A stretch of DNA of 64,000 bases from Lama guanicoe. Lineage: Eukaryota. The stretch spans positions 9,323,957 to 9,387,956 of the forward strand of contig MU053881.1 of NCBI GenBank assembly GCA_013239625.1. Reading direction: 5' to 3'. The translations under genes and the position numbers were made by a program. The notes beneath the pieces are model-generated. The model searched no databases, was not told the origin of the DNA, and was given only the letters and a program-made list of their open reading frames with translations. Shown piece by piece: positions 25,600 to 39,900 of this stretch (the first letter of the stretch is position 1; each line of letters begins with the position of its first letter).

Positions 25600-27030
25600 C
25601 AAAGGTCTCTTCTCATTCTTCTTCCTAATTAGACGCTTCAGCGTCGTTGACCTTGCTCTTCTTGGTAATCTCTGCTTCCAGGAGGAGGAAAGATTGGCCC
25701 CTCTTTTCTCAGTATCCTTTCTCCACCAACTTTGTTGATTCCTCTTGCTTTGGATCGCCCTTGAAAAAGCAGCATTTCTAGGACCCTGTCCTTGGTCCTG
25801 ATCACTGTGCATCCCTTGTCCCAGACATCCCACCCCTGAGGTAGCCCCACTTCAGTCCCATGGGTGAGAGTTTCCTGATCTCTGTTCCCAAGTTGCCATT
25901 CTGCCTTATTTTCACTAATGCCTTTCTGAGTGCCTATTTAATATCTTCATACTAAGTCCAAGAAAATCCATATTCTCCAAACCTGAACTTCTTGTTTCCC
26001 CGCCAGATGGTCTCCTCTTCCTCACCTCTTTCTCATTTACTGCCTTTCTTCTAACCTCATCATCCTCGCTGTAATCCTCAGAATCACTCTTGAACCCTCC
26101 TTCTCCCTGTGAACCCGTCTCCGTCCTCTCTGGTCAGTTGCCAGCCACTGTCAAGTTGCCTGTAAAACCCCCCTTCCCCCCATTCTTTCCCATTGTTCTC
26201 ACTGCCTCAGAAAGGACCATGATGGACTCTTAGCTGTCTAATTCCTCCTTCTGGTCCAAGCCCTCCCTCTCCAAATACAGATCGCACATTTAGAGTAACT
26301 TTTCTAAAATTCAAATCTCATCAAGTCACTCCTTTGTTAATAACCTTCAGCCACCCTCGTTTACTTATACAGTAAAGTCAAAGTATTCTGCCAGGCAATT
26401 CTAAGTTTTCCAAACGTTGTCCCAGAGTGAACTTTCCAGTCTCCTTTTGTTCACTTCCACTTTCTCCCCCACCCCTGAGAGATGGCTCTTTTCTCTATTA
26501 TGAGATTGTTCTTTATTTCCCCAACTTTAACAGCACAGTCACAGCTGTGGATTCTGCAGTATCTTCAGTTCAAGATGTCATCAACTCCCTTTCTGTTCTT
26601 CCTGTAGCTTCAAAGTCCAGCCCAAATATTAACTTCTTAGTGAAACCTCTAATTGTGGGAAAATAGGTATTCTTGCCTTTATTAGATAGGAGGTACTGCA
26701 TGAAGCCCATTTCAACATTTTACTCATTTACTTTTCACAGCAAATCCATGGGTAGATTCTTCCATTTTACCAATGAAAATACTCAGGCTCAGAGAGATGA
26801 AGTCATTTTCCCCATCCCAAAGGGTAGGAAGTGGCAAATCTGAGCTTTAAACCCAGACAATCTCATTTCAAAGAAATGTGCTTAATGACTGCACTATTGT
26901 ACCTCATGTTACCATTTAGGTCTCTTTCTTCCTGCTAGGATGTGACTTACTTGAGGGCAGGAATTATGTGAAATTTATCTTTGTGTTTCCAGCTCCCAGC
27001 ATGTAGTAGATATTCAATAAATGTTTGATG
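25600..27030 (+). mobile_element. L2 LINE (fragmented), with a MIR at about 26700-26900
   Basis: Pyrimidine-rich L2 body; 3' end cttgagggcaggaattatgtg...tagtagatattcaataaatgtttgatga; internal ccattttaccaatgaaaatactcaggctcagagagatgaagt. Confidence 0.7.
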
Positions 27031-27609
27031 ACTTGTGTTCTGAAGGAGGGATACTGCAGTGTTCTGTAGTTCAAGGCCTTCTGCACTGCAGACTATGACT
27101 TGGCTTCTTGCATATTTTGTTCACAGCCCACATGTTTCGCTCTGCTTCTCATCCTGGCTCATTGTTGGCTTCAAACCCTTCCCAGCCTCTTTATCTCAAA
27201 TTCTCTGAATCTGGGATGGTTGCATATCTGTATTTACGACATTAGACTCCTTAATTAATATGCAACTCCCTTTCCTTAAAGAACAGAATGAAAGCACAAA
27301 TGAAATCAGCTTTTAGATTCCCTTTTTGATATACAAGGCAGACCTCCCACTTACGACAGGTGCCCAGAAAAAGGGGATGGCCACGCTAAGTGGAGATGGT
27401 CTAATCCCCATCACCTTGGCTGGAGGATCAATCCAAGAGCAAGGATTTACATTTCTGCCCAAGGATCTGATAGCGAAGGGTTAAGAAGGAGAGTCCAGAA
27501 ATCATGCTGAGTCACTATCATGTGATAAATCCATAAACTTTAAAAGCAGTCTAAATTGATTAAATATGGCCACAAAGAAAATTATTTTAAAAGCGATAGT
27601 AAAAAAAAA

Positions 27610-27985
27610 AAATCTGTACTATGCATGGGGTGTTTACCATGTGTCAGACTCTATGCTAACAGCTTGACAGATTTCATTTGATAGTCATGAGCATAAAAGA
27701 ACACAAAAGAGGTACAAGCATTATTCCCATTTTACAGAAGAGGACACAAGGGTTTTGAGAGCTTAGTGGTAAATTGGCAAGGTCAGACGGCTCATAAAGG
27801 ACAGAGCTAGGATTCAAAGCTTGCCTATCTGACTCCAAGATCCATGCATTTAATAGCCATGCTACCCTGCCTCTGACGTGTTCATATCACAACCTACTGA
27901 CACCTAATGAGATTAGTTCTGTTGTCCTCAGCCACACAGCTGGTTAGTTTTAGAGCCAGGGCAAGAACCCAGGTCTCTAGACTTT
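27610..27985 (-). mobile_element. MIR SINE fragments
   Basis: cattattcccattttacagaagaggacacaaggg...gagctaggattcaaagc...ctgactccaaga; second piece gccacacagctggttagt. Confidence 0.7.
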
Positions 27986-28547
27986 TTCTTTAAACCCTCC
28001 AGCCTCTCCCATGAATACGTCATACCAATATTAACATGTAACATGGAGTGTACATGCTCCTGCCCTGTCTTCAGTATAGCTGGGTTTTTTAAAACAGAAA
28101 TAAATTGAAAGCTGAACAAAGGTCACGGTCAGGGATATCAGCAGAGTCTTCCTAGGGGAGATAGTGATAGAAATCACTGCTATTTTTAATGCATCATGCC
28201 CACTTGATAGACCCTCAAGAAAATGATCCTGAGTCCTGCTTTGGCACCTATTTTTGATATATATTTCAGGAAAGCAACAAAAGGTATACAAAATCAGGCT
28301 GTTACTCCTATGTCTTCAAAATACAGTTATCCCTCTTTCTTAACCTACTATTTCAGCAAGAACAAATTTTGTACCTTTTATATAATAAACACACATTTTT
28401 TTTTTCTCCTATTACTTCTTGGCTCATTGGTTTCTTAACTCACCAGGTCAGTGCCTGTCCAAAATAAGCAGCACCAGATTTACATTAAACCATGGACACA
28501 CATGCAGTCAAGCTAAGTTCAATTCTTACTCAACAAAACGTACTCAA

Positions 28548-29054
28548 CAACAGACGACTGGATAAAGAAGTTGTGGTATATGTATACAACAGAATACTAC
28601 TCAGCCATAAAAAAGAATAAAATAATGTCATTTGCAGCAACATGGATGGAACTGGAGATTGTTATTCTAAGTGAAATAAGCCCAAGAGAGAAAGAAAAAT
28701 ACCATATGATATCACTTATATGTGGAATCTAAAAAAAAGACACAAATGAACTTATCTACAAAACAGAAACAGACTCAGACATAGGAAACAAACTTATGGT
28801 TATCGTAGGGGGAAAGGGGAGGGAAGGGATAAATTGGGAGTTTGAGATTTGCAGACACTAACTACTACTTATAAAATAAACTGTATAGCACAGGGAACTA
28901 TTCTCAATATCTATAGCAACCTAGAATGAAAAAGAATATGAAACTGAATATACGTACATATATATGCATGGCTGAACTATTATGTGTATAGCAGAAATTG
29001 ACACAACATTGTAAACTGACTATACTTCAGCTAAAAAAAAATTTAAAAAAAAAA
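28548..29054 (+). mobile_element. L1 3' end (end of ORF2 plus 3' UTR), lineage-specific
   Basis: gactggataaagaagttgtggtat...catttgcagcaacatggatggaactggag...gaaattgacacaacattgtaaactgactatacttca followed by polyA. Confidence 0.92.
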
Positions 29055-29149
29055 CTTTCATGGGTTCGATACTTTGCTATAAAGTACAGTGTGATTTCAC
29101 CAAGTGAATGTTTCCTAATCTTTCATTCGAGTTTGATCTCTTTCTCTTT

Positions 29150-31170
29150 ATCACTCAAAACACAAAGCCTTGCTTTCACCATTCATCTTAAATCAATCTC
29201 AGCCGTATCTCCAAATAGACATGCCACATTCTTGCTCCAACGGGAATCCTATTCTTCCTGGATTGTGCTCAAGTGGTGGCAGTTTCTCCTCCCTGTGCCT
29301 TCACACCACTGGGTCGGAAGACATGAAAGAGGGACATCTTGCTCCTTGTCACTGGTAGATCATGCTCCCTCAAGCTCTGTAAATATTCTCAGCCTTGAGT
29401 CTCTTGCCATCTGATTATAACTCACATGACCTCTCATCCACTGACACTGTATCTCTCTCCTGCCATCATTCTGCCTCCTTTCTGGATAATTTTGACTCCC
29501 AGCTCTCTGTCACTTACTAGGACTCCTCCTCACTACCCTGGTGGCGATTTCAGTACACACACAGGTGATGCTTCCAACACTTCCAGTTCTGTTGATGTGA
29601 ACCACGCTTGCCATAGTTCTTGTGTTCTATGCAGCTTCAGCGACTCATGCTCATGGTCATACCTGTCAGTTTTGAGAACAACAACCCTTCTCTAATCTCC
29701 CCTTCATGTGGTCTACTTTCTCATTATCACTGCCTACTTTCATAGCTCATTCTGTCTCATGCCCTGACCCCATTAGTCTTTTGACGTCCATCAGCACCTC
29801 CACTCAGCTGATTTTTATGACCATCTCTCACCCCATGATGCTCTCATTCTCATCCTTACTTAGCTTAACTTTCATGATGAATCATTATAATCGCTACATT
29901 TACTCCGTGTACTCACTGACCCCTCTACTGCTTTATGGTGTTTGGTATTGGCTTGGTAAAACCACTGCCCTAAGTCAAATCAAACTCTTAACTCCTTTGT
30001 GTCTGCACATGCTATTAAAATGTGAACACACACACACACACTCACACGTGTACAGGTAAACACACACACACACACGTGCACACCCGACCATGGGGAGTGG
30101 TAAGTGGTACTGTCTTCATTTTCCTAGCAAATTCTTCTGGCTTCTTTTCTCTCTTTAAAATTTAACACCTCCTCCTCCATCCTCCCTTTCAGCTGATGAC
30201 AACAGTTCACACATCATTGCAAAAATGGAAGCAATCAGTAGAGAAATTCTACAAAACTCCATCACATATCCACTCACCAACCATAATCTGCCCTCTCTCT
30301 TTACCACAAATGAACTTCTCATGCTATGCTACTTGTAAAAGAGATCCCCCATTCTTTCATTTATTATCAATTGACTTTTCTTTTCTATTGGATTATTTTT
30401 ACCCATCACACACAGTTCTTTCTCATTAAAAAAAAAAAAAGAAAGAAAGCTCTCTTGACTCTCCTTCCTAGAGTTGCAGCAAAGCTCATGGACATTGTTG
30501 TCTCTATTTGTGTCTTTAGTTCTTATCACCCTGTTTTGTACTAACGCCACCATATTCAGTCTTTCATCGTTTCCCAATCTGAAATTTATTCCACCCACCT
30601 CAGTTTCAGGTGATGGAATTTACTGTTTCATTTGGGTCAAAAATCGTACCTCCAGTTGCTCAGGCCAAAGTCTTGGCGTCACCTTTTTCTCTTTTATGCC
30701 AATGCTTTCGGTGTCTTTTGAAGGATCCTCCTCCTCTACCCAACATGCAAGGGCTCTCCAGAGTTTGCTCCTGGCCCCCTACTCCTCCCTCTCTGCCTTT
30801 CTCCTTGTGTGGGTTCACCTGGTTCCATGGGTATAGAGAGAGAGGCCACTGTCATGCGGCACATTCTCCAATGGAGGTCTCCAGTTCAGACCTCTCCTCT
30901 AAGCTCCATTCTTAATAATTGCACGGCTCTCCACATGACCCTTCTGCTTGGGTCTCATGTTACTTAACAGTGCCCCAAACGGAACTCTCTGTCAGCTCCC
31001 AAGTCCTAGCCTCTCCAAACAGTCCCCATCTTAGTAACTAGGAATCCATACAGTCACTTAAGTCAGCAGTGATGCTCTTCTTCACCAGCTCCTACCTTCA
31101 AACCATGTTTAGTATATTCTACTTCCAAAATGCATCTCAAGTCATCTACTCCTCTACCTTGAAGTCTACA
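29150..31170 (+). mobile_element. L2 LINE, long degraded internal fragment(s)
   Basis: C/T-rich L2 ORF2-like sequence (ctggtggcgatttcagtacacac; cagttgctcaggccaaag; cagacctctcctctaagctcca). Confidence 0.6.
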
Positions 31171-32479
31171 CCATTTCTTCTAAGTTCCAAAACAAATGGA
31201 TAAATAAAATGCTAAAGAAGTCAAAGGAGTGGGAGTTCATACACAGTGAAAGGGAGCAATATAGTTTCACCGAGGACTTGGCATACTAAAAACTTGTTTG
31301 ACGATGTACAGAAATGTGATGGATGGGTGGGTTTGGGGATAACAAAGGAAGCAAAGGGAACAGGACAAAGAAAGACACAGAGGAGGAAAAACTATGCTCT
31401 GGGAAAAAAAAAAGTAGTCCAGTTGGGCTGGAGCTGAAAATATATTTAGAGGAGAAGTGGGAGCAAGGGCTAAAAACATAAAATTGGACTACGTTGTGGA
31501 GGGCCTGAAATACCGCAAAGGGACAGATTAAGTTAATTTGTGTACTTCCTGCCTTCCCAATGTGCCTTGTTTTTTGTAACCATAAATGTGCATCAGCAGA
31601 AGTGGAAGACAGCCTGTATTCTGCTAATTGTTCTGCATTTCACTAGGGTCTTTTCCATTCTGAATGTACACGGGAATGCCTCAGAATATAGAACTTATTC
31701 TGATCTTTTCTCCCCCCATAACATCAATTATTAAGCAACACTCTATATTAGCAGAGCTATACGCTTATTATAACAGTAATTTCTTCCCCAGGATTATTTT
31801 CAGAGTATTTCTTTATGTACTGAGATATTTATCTTGCATGCAGAACTACCTATTTTGTACAAATACCAATAGCTGGAATACCACTGAGTTTATGATTACC
31901 ATCCTCATTGAATCAAAGGCACCATAGATGGAGGAAGTTTTAAGAATATTTAATACATCATTTACTTGATTCTCTCTCCTCAAGGTGCCTTGCAGATTGT
32001 CTTAGCAGATGTGAATTCCCTTTCATCATGTGGAATGCAATTCTAGCCTTAGTTTGTTATAAATTAACAGTCTGAAATAAAGTCCTGCATTCTGAACAAC
32101 AGCTGAAATATTTAATAAGGAAAAAAAATGTCCTACCCTACTCAGAGCTAGCTTTTCTCTTTTGGTAAATGCAACCATTTAAAATGGCTTTCCAGCTTTC
32201 AAGCCTGACAGATTAAGTGTGTATATATGTATACATATATATTTCTATTATATATAGAGAGATACACATATTTCTATTCTAAAGAAAATAAATCATGTTT
32301 TTGAGAATGTAGCCAAATGATTTTTCACACCTGTAAATGAACATTTTAAACCAGCTGTATAAATAACAAAGCACAACAGAATGCAATTGAGAATCACTGC
32401 AGGCATTGCAAAATGTTAATACTAACTAAAAAATGAGAAGAATAATTCTAACATCTTCTCGTCTGGAGAAGATGTACAA

Positions 32480-33720
32480 ATCATAAAATAAGAAATACAA
32501 ATAGACAACAAACACACGGATATAGTCACTCAGCCTTACTTGTATTCAAATAATTCATAAAACCATTTTCGTCAATAAATAGGAAAAGTTTTAAGATCGC
32601 TTTCAGTGACTTCTGAGCACAGGTGTGTGCACCAGGTTATTTGCACTCAGTGCTGGTGCAAAGGGAAAATTCCTTTAATGAAACTGAAAAGGACTGTCAT
32701 TCTGCAAAACCATGTACGTTCTAAATATCCCAGGAATTTATAACAGGAAAAGAATTAGCAATGTGAACAGGAATTTAGCTGACAGGATTTTTGTTCATCA
32801 TGGTGTTCTTTATTGCTTCTAAAATAAAAATAACTTAAACGTCCATTGAAAGAAAATGGAGGAGATGTCTTATGCTACAAAAGTACTATCAACCCCTTAA
32901 CTATTGGGGAAAATATTTAAAGCCATGGAGAAAAGTTTATAATATATTTACTGGGAAAAAAAGAAGGCTAGATAAGCTTTATAAATTATGCCAACTCTGT
33001 AAAAATACTTGTATTGCACATACATGTATACACACAAGCACATACACTGAAAAAAGTATGCACCAAAATGTTAACCATGGTCATTTCTGGTGTCAAACTA
33101 CACATGATTTTATTCTTCTTCAAGCTTCTCTGTGTGTGTGTGATACACGCAGGTGTATTTTCCCACATTTTAGACATCCTTTGCATAAGTATATAATTTA
33201 CACATATGTATATTCATATACTTCTACATATATATCATATATTAACATGTATTTATATATATCATATATATCTCACTTTAGACATCACAAGGATTTCAAA
33301 AAATTGGCCTTTTCCAGCAATTATTAGTACTGAAGTGAAAATCAGTAATATTACGATTCCATTTTGAGAGTCCAGATAGCTGAGACTCTTTAGAAAGAGA
33401 AGAACTCTTTGTATCAAATCCTACAGAACCAGGTACATATACTGACTCTAACCAAAAAAAAAATGACTGCAAGTACCAACATTTAAAATTCATCTTAAAA
33501 CATTAGAAAAAAGAACAAAATGTACTCCAAAAGTTAAAATGAAAGAATAATGAAGGATGAAATTAATAAAACAGAAAAAAAACTAGAATACATAATAAAG
33601 ACAAATCAAAAGCTTAAAAGAAAAATAAATCTATTTCAAGCTTGATTTTTAGAAAATGAGCAGTAAAAATATAAAGGATTAGGGATGAGAAGGGAAAGGT
33701 AACTAGAGTTACTGAGGAAC
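32480..33720 (+). mobile_element. Old L1 (L1ME-like) fragments with an AT low-complexity tract
   Basis: aacttaaacgtccattg...gcaccaaaatgttaaccatggtcatttctgg; A-rich ORF2-like remnant at 33450-33720. Confidence 0.55.
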
Positions 33721-33864
33721 TTACATTACATGAGAATTTGACTTGTGAAGAGTAACAAGGATACAGAAACAGAGATAATCTTCAAGAAGCTGGTCATCAA
33801 CCCGCACGAGTCCTAGTCCATGTTCACCTACAACACTGAATGTTCCTTTAAAAGTAATATTATG

Positions 33865-33939
33865 TATCTGCTGTACATGAGAAAGTAACACAACATTGTA
33901 AATCAACTCTACGTCAATGAAAAAAATAAAAATACACTT
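33865..33939 (+). mobile_element. 75-bp L1 3' tail insertion with 15-bp TSD
   Basis: ctgctgtacatgagaaagtaacacaacattgtaaatcaactctacgtcaat plus A-rich tail, flanked by aaaagtaatattatg (33850-33864) and aaaaataatattatg (33940-33954). Confidence 0.85.
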
Positions 33940-36900
33940 AAAAATAATATTATGACCTGTCTTCCTTGTACACAGCAGTATTCAATGTTACTTTATTATT
34001 TAATTCCATGATGAAACAGTTATAAGCACTGGAGTTCGGCTGCTGTAACACCGTGTCGCATGTGTGAGCATAATCACTTGCTCGGTAAGGAACATTTCCT
34101 GTACCCTATGAGCTTCAAACTAGATGCTTTCCAAATTTTAATATTGTAATTACAAATATTCAGCATTCATGTGCTAGTCAAAGGTTAATTTTTCCTACGA
34201 AAATACTGAGAAGCAGGACTCTCTGCAGTCCAGAGATTGCTCGGGTCCTCCTATTTGGATGACAACATCTCTCTTGGGTATCACTGCTTTTTATTTTGTT
34301 ACTTTCCTGTTCAAATATTTCTGTGTGGGCATGTGTGTCTGCGCTTTCATCAGATACTTCCTAAAACACAACCGTTCCTGCTCAGATAAAACTCTGACTA
34401 GTTAGTTCTCTAATTCTTCTTGGTCAGACCATAATTCCTTAGCCTGAAACTCAAAGCTCTTGGTCCTCTGTTCTTACACCTCTATTATCAAACATCTGCT
34501 GCTGTCCAAGCAAATCACCACATTCCCATTAGCCTGACCAGAGTGGGAATTTGGGGGAAGACGATGTTCCTGAAAAGCCATCATCACCTTTGCACCATGT
34601 CCTCATCTTCCAGCCACCATACGCACTGGTTGTCTTTCATTTGGAACAGCCATCATCTCGTTTCCACTTATAAAAACTCTCACCCTCACTTACCTAACCT
34701 AATTCAAACTCTCTCCTTAAAGCTGACCCTACTATACCAGTCAGCTGATGCACACAATGTTTATTTTCTTATTTCTCTATTGAGAAGAGGCAGGAGTTTC
34801 TCTATAAATGTACAGGGGTGCTTGCTTTCCTCGATAAAGAACAAAGTAAATATGTTTCATCTATCCACAAAAGAAGTAGAAGCTGATGCATGGAACTGAG
34901 AGAAGGAAACAGGAGTTGTATCAAAACAGAGTAAGGTGTGATCAGTACAGAAAGCTCTGAACGATGAGAAAGCCAGTCGATGCGGGTGCCACAAAATAAC
35001 AGATTATCCAAACACTCCAAGGAGGGGCTGCAGCTTAGACTGCTTCTTCTGGGAAATAAAATGTCTGAAACAATAGTCACTGAACATTCTGTTAGCTATC
35101 TGTATCACTGTAAAATTTTTGGATGCACTTGCAATATATACATTTCTGCATTTATGTAATCTATCCTATCCGTGTGTGGGAGTGTGTATATACACTAATG
35201 TATTACATGTGCCATAAAACATGCTCCAAAATAGAAATGTGAAGGATAAATGAAAAGAAAAGTGCATTTAAATAAAAGCTTTTATTTTTTTTTTCCTGCA
35301 ACCCAGTGAATCATGATGTTCAAGTCCAATTTGGGAAACATGATCCTACCGGTTTTAACAAGAGGGTAGAATGAAATAATGAAGAAACAAGTTCACTGAT
35401 GGGGTGATCGGGCTTTGCTGGATGCAGGCTGAGAGGGGTCATCTTGGGGGAAGAGATCAGGGTTCGGAAGGGTGGAAAGATATGGAAGAATGTATTTTAT
35501 GCTGCAAATAAATCAGTCTCCCCACCAAATCAGGTATTATTTCTCTGACGACTCAAACTGGTTTAGGGTTCCTAAGAGGCAAGAGTTCTAATGAGGGAAC
35601 TGAGAGAAAGTGGGACTTTTACATGCATTCTGATTTACACGGATGGAACAGTTTATTCGGAAGAGTGGCTTGAAGCTTTCGAGGTGACCAACAGAGTTCA
35701 AGTTCCAAGAAGAATCAGCACAGTTCTCTCGACTCTCTTCCTAAAACTGCACTACAAAACGCCTACAAAACTCATTCTGGCATTTTCAGAAATAGCCTTA
35801 TGTCACCATCTCCTTGGAACTTGATCAATTTTTATTTCTTGGTGTCTGTCCCTCTCAATAAACTCCCTCCTCCCATCTCCCCTCCATGTGTGCAAAACAC
35901 AAGACACACAAATACAAAGAGACACACAATGGCTTTGTGTTAACACTAAGCATCCAGCAGCCACTCCTTAACTTTTTTCAGACATAAAATAAGGATCCTT
36001 CAAACTGAAGTGTCTCCTCATCTGTGATTACTGAGCTCACATTCTGACAATGTTAAATAAAACACAACACACTTTTATTGGCATCATATAAGTATGTGTA
36101 TTAAAATAGACATATTTAACCAATGTGCATTACTTTCCAAATATCAATTTTCTTTTTCTATATAAAAAAGATCAAAGATTCTTTTGGATTAGTGATAGTG
36201 TATTTCTTGTATAAAATGCACTATAAAGAAATACTTTCCAAACCTTCTCTTGTGCCTCACTCTCACCATCGAAATCCATGCCCCTTCTTTTTATGTTTAA
36301 CGCAAGCAGAAATAGTTTTTCTGTTTCCATATTACTATAGAAATAGCAGTGTTGATCTTTTCTGTCCCCCTCAGGCCAGTATAAACCTCCACAAAGGGAG
36401 GTTCAAAAAAAAAAAAGCCAGCTCAAATATTTCAGTCCCTTCCATTAGTAAACATCCCTGTATTTCAATTATCTCGTCTCCTTCACACCTATCCTTGGGG
36501 TACAGAGAGAACCGGGAGTAAACTGCACTGCGAGTCAGAGCTGCGCCTGACAGCACGTGGGTACCCCACTTCTCCGCGTGTGGAGGAACACGTCTCAGTC
36601 TGTGGTGCCCCGTTCCTGACCCCCTTGTTCCCGAGTCAGCGTTCCCCAACCCCGCTCCAAGTCCTCTTCTCGTGGGGTGCTGGAGGTCTTCATCTATCAT
36701 TGCGCTTTCCTCTTCTAGCCCCCAGCTGACTGTCTTCTGTTTCACTGTAACGGACTCTGTACACCACTTCCTTGCCTGATCAAAACTGAGCGTGATTAGC
36801 ACAAAGTCTTTCTTCTCCTCTTTAAATGGCTTCCTCCTGAAAAGCCCTGGAGTCTTCCTCAATCCGTTGAAGTAGCGAAAGTTTTTCAAGTGGGTTCACC

Positions 36901-39900
36901 CTTCATCTATTTCCTAAAAGTCCACCTAAATACTTTTACATTAAAGTGACTCAAATATGGATGCTAAAATGAAAGACTCTGGCTCTAATTTTTCAGTACT
37001 TCAGGGCATCTCCTTCAGAAGACCCCACTTTCCATCCCCTGGTTTGCACCCATTATAATTAACTTTATTAATTTCCAAATGAAACTGGTTTTCATTTGAA
37101 GCAGTTTTATCAGAACCCCGTTAAACTATTTTAGAAACTTGGAAAAGCAAAATGGAACCCACTTAACGAATTAGTCAAACTCACAAAAAAAAAAGAAGCC
37201 ACATCGCTATGCTAAACACATGTTAAATTAAGCTAAAACTGCCAGTTTCTAGCTTTCTTTCTACCATTTTTTGGATCGCCGATTTCCCTAACGTTTGTAC
37301 ACAGGTCAACGTTGGTAATTTAAATGGCTACAAAGGCTAGGGCAGTGAGAGGAGTGGCTGGAGGGAGCTCCAGTGAAGCAGACGACACGGGATCGCCTGG
37401 AGCTGTGATGGTCACTGCTTCTCTCCCAGGGTGTCCAGAGGGAAACTTGGACAAGTGTTATCAGGTCTTGTATATTGCAAAGGAGGCCAGAAATGAAAAT
37501 ACCTAATACAAAATCTCCCATTCTTAAAATGTCAGTTACTCATGTAAAATGTCTTAAGCACTGAACTGACCCAGTAAAATAACTCACTGGCTGGATTCGT
37601 CACCGCTGCTGTGAATGACTATTCCGAGACTCACTTCCCTCTACCTCTGACTTCTTTAACATTCCTCAAACTGTTTAGGGAAGCCTTGAAAAGACAATTT
37701 TCTAGGCAGTTCTTTAGCTAGTACTGAAGAATGCTCAACATTAAATCACCAGCAATGTTTTTACCTTTGCGTATAGACGTAGAGACAGAATACATACACA
37801 TTTGCAAATTCTGTTTTATTTACAAATCTGTCGTTTGAAATTTTCTCCTTCTATTTGCGTGTCCCACTTTCAGAATGGGTAACTGAAATGTCTCGTTGGC
37901 TCTCACACACACTTCTCAACCCTTCTTAGTCTGATTTAGGTTCTGAGCAATCCAATTGTCTGTAGAAAAGTTGTTCTAGCAACTTCCTTACCTTTAACAT
38001 ATCATCTATGTCCTTAATACTTGATTACATCTCTCCCCACTCCGTATTTAAATTTAATCTGATCCCTGACAAACGACAATTAAACTAAAAAGTGACTAAA
38101 CAGTAAGCAAAAAAGTTAAGAATTTTCTGAGTCAAGAGGCTTCCAATCACGAACTGACAAAAACATCGTGCTCTTAGCCGATTACAGCCTTTGCTCTTAA
38201 AGGAAGGGAGACTACAGACATCAGAAACTCAGCAGCTTAAAACCAAACGGTTATCCACCCAGCCCAATGTCTCCCCGAAGGCTTGGAGATTACACGTGTA
38301 ATAATCAGGCTGCCCTTGCCGAAAGTAAGGCTTAATGCTTCATTTTATTTATTGTATTTATTGAATGCAGCCATTGCTCGATAGCCCCTGGGAGCATTAA
38401 CAAACATGAAAGAAACCACAAAGGAAAAAAAGAAATATATAAATAACGAAAAACCATGCCACTAAACTTTATAATCTGGAACATGCAGTCCTGGAAATCA
38501 GGTACATACTCTTAACTTCCTTCAGGTACTCTGTTCCACATTAAAGTTATGAAAGCATTGCTTAATTTGCCAAAAACCTGAATCGCTCAAGTCCTATATG
38601 GGTACATTTGCAAAATACCAATCCTGTTGCTTCTGCTTGTGTTTCCTGCCATGTGACAATGTGATATTCCTAAATTTGGCCTCGGCTTCTAGGCTATTAT
38701 CAGCTGTATTTTAACACTGTGATGATCATATATTTAAGACTCCTCGGAATAACATTCTGTAAGATAAGCTGTCCCTATGGCTTCCAGTATCTGGACTTCC
38801 AGGGAATTGCACCACCGGAGTTATTAAAATCAAATCATCCCTGCATTTAGGAGTACATAAAACTAAGGACACGTGACATTTTGTTCGTATGTCCTTCGTT
38901 TTTTTTTCCATTCATGATAACTCATTTCAGATTCTTTTTGATCAATGTTATTCTTTCAAATTTGCAAGTATCAAAAAAAAAAAGATAAAGTTTAGAAACA
39001 CAACTTGAAATAATGGTCATCCAAAACGGATTAAAGTTTGGTTTTGTTCTTAAGGGTACGAGGCAATATTTACTTTAGCTTCCATGGAAGTTTTTCCCAT
39101 AAAACTGGGCTGAAGAAGAAATCATATCAACATTAAACATACCAATATTACTGGATGGTTTTTGTAGCTAGTTTTGCTTCTATTAAGAGCAAAATTTTGA
39201 GCTCTGCTATAACTGTCTGGCGCTTATAGTAAGTTTTTATATCTGTTCCAGGAATTCTCTGTAATTTTTACATGTCGGATGCAGGTGAGGAAAGGAGTAG
39301 AGTGGATTATAAAACACAAAGTAAATTGAAGAATATAAGATATAAGAGTAATAGAGTGGGGCAGAGAAAGAAAGCCACGGCAGGTCTTGGGCGTGTTTAC
39401 TTATAGAGCACTCCACGCAAAATTTATTCAGGTGCTGCCTTTTGAAGAGAACGAAGAAAGACTGAAGAGACTCACCTCCTAAGACAAACGAACGCAATAT
39501 GTTGGCAGTAACAATCTACAGACATTGTCCCTGGCATCAAGGGAAATCCTCCCTTTCCACCTGAGTTCATGCCTCGAGTCTCTCTATTAACATGTGGCGA
39601 ATACCTGGGTGTGCTCACATTCTCCCGAGGAGACAGGAACACGGCAGGACTTATTCAAGAGGACACACAATCTAACAGCCTCTGGGTTCCACAAATACAC
39701 TTTACACAGATCCATTATGTGCCGAGAGCCAGCTTGCTTTATAAATGCATTTTGTGAAATGTAATGGAATTAACCTAACATTGATAGTTTCAACCTCAAA
39801 GTACATTATGAGAATTATAAATTTCCCAATTGACAACAGATGAAAATGAACGTTGTCCTTGTTTACTTTGGGTGGAAACAAACAGAGGAAGGGAAGGACA

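Noticed and set aside
28998..30915. Run of plus-strand ORFs of 60-138 aa
   Set aside because: Ser/Leu/Pro-rich translations of pyrimidine-rich degraded L2, not a gene.
32872..33327. 151-aa ORF
   Set aside because: Lies in degraded L1 and (AT)/(CA) low-complexity sequence; its composition reflects the simple repeats.
36371..36889. 172-aa ORF on the minus strand, the longest in the window
   Set aside because: Non-ATG start, no recognisable homology, runs through a homopolymer tract, and the length is plausible by chance in six frames of 64 kb.
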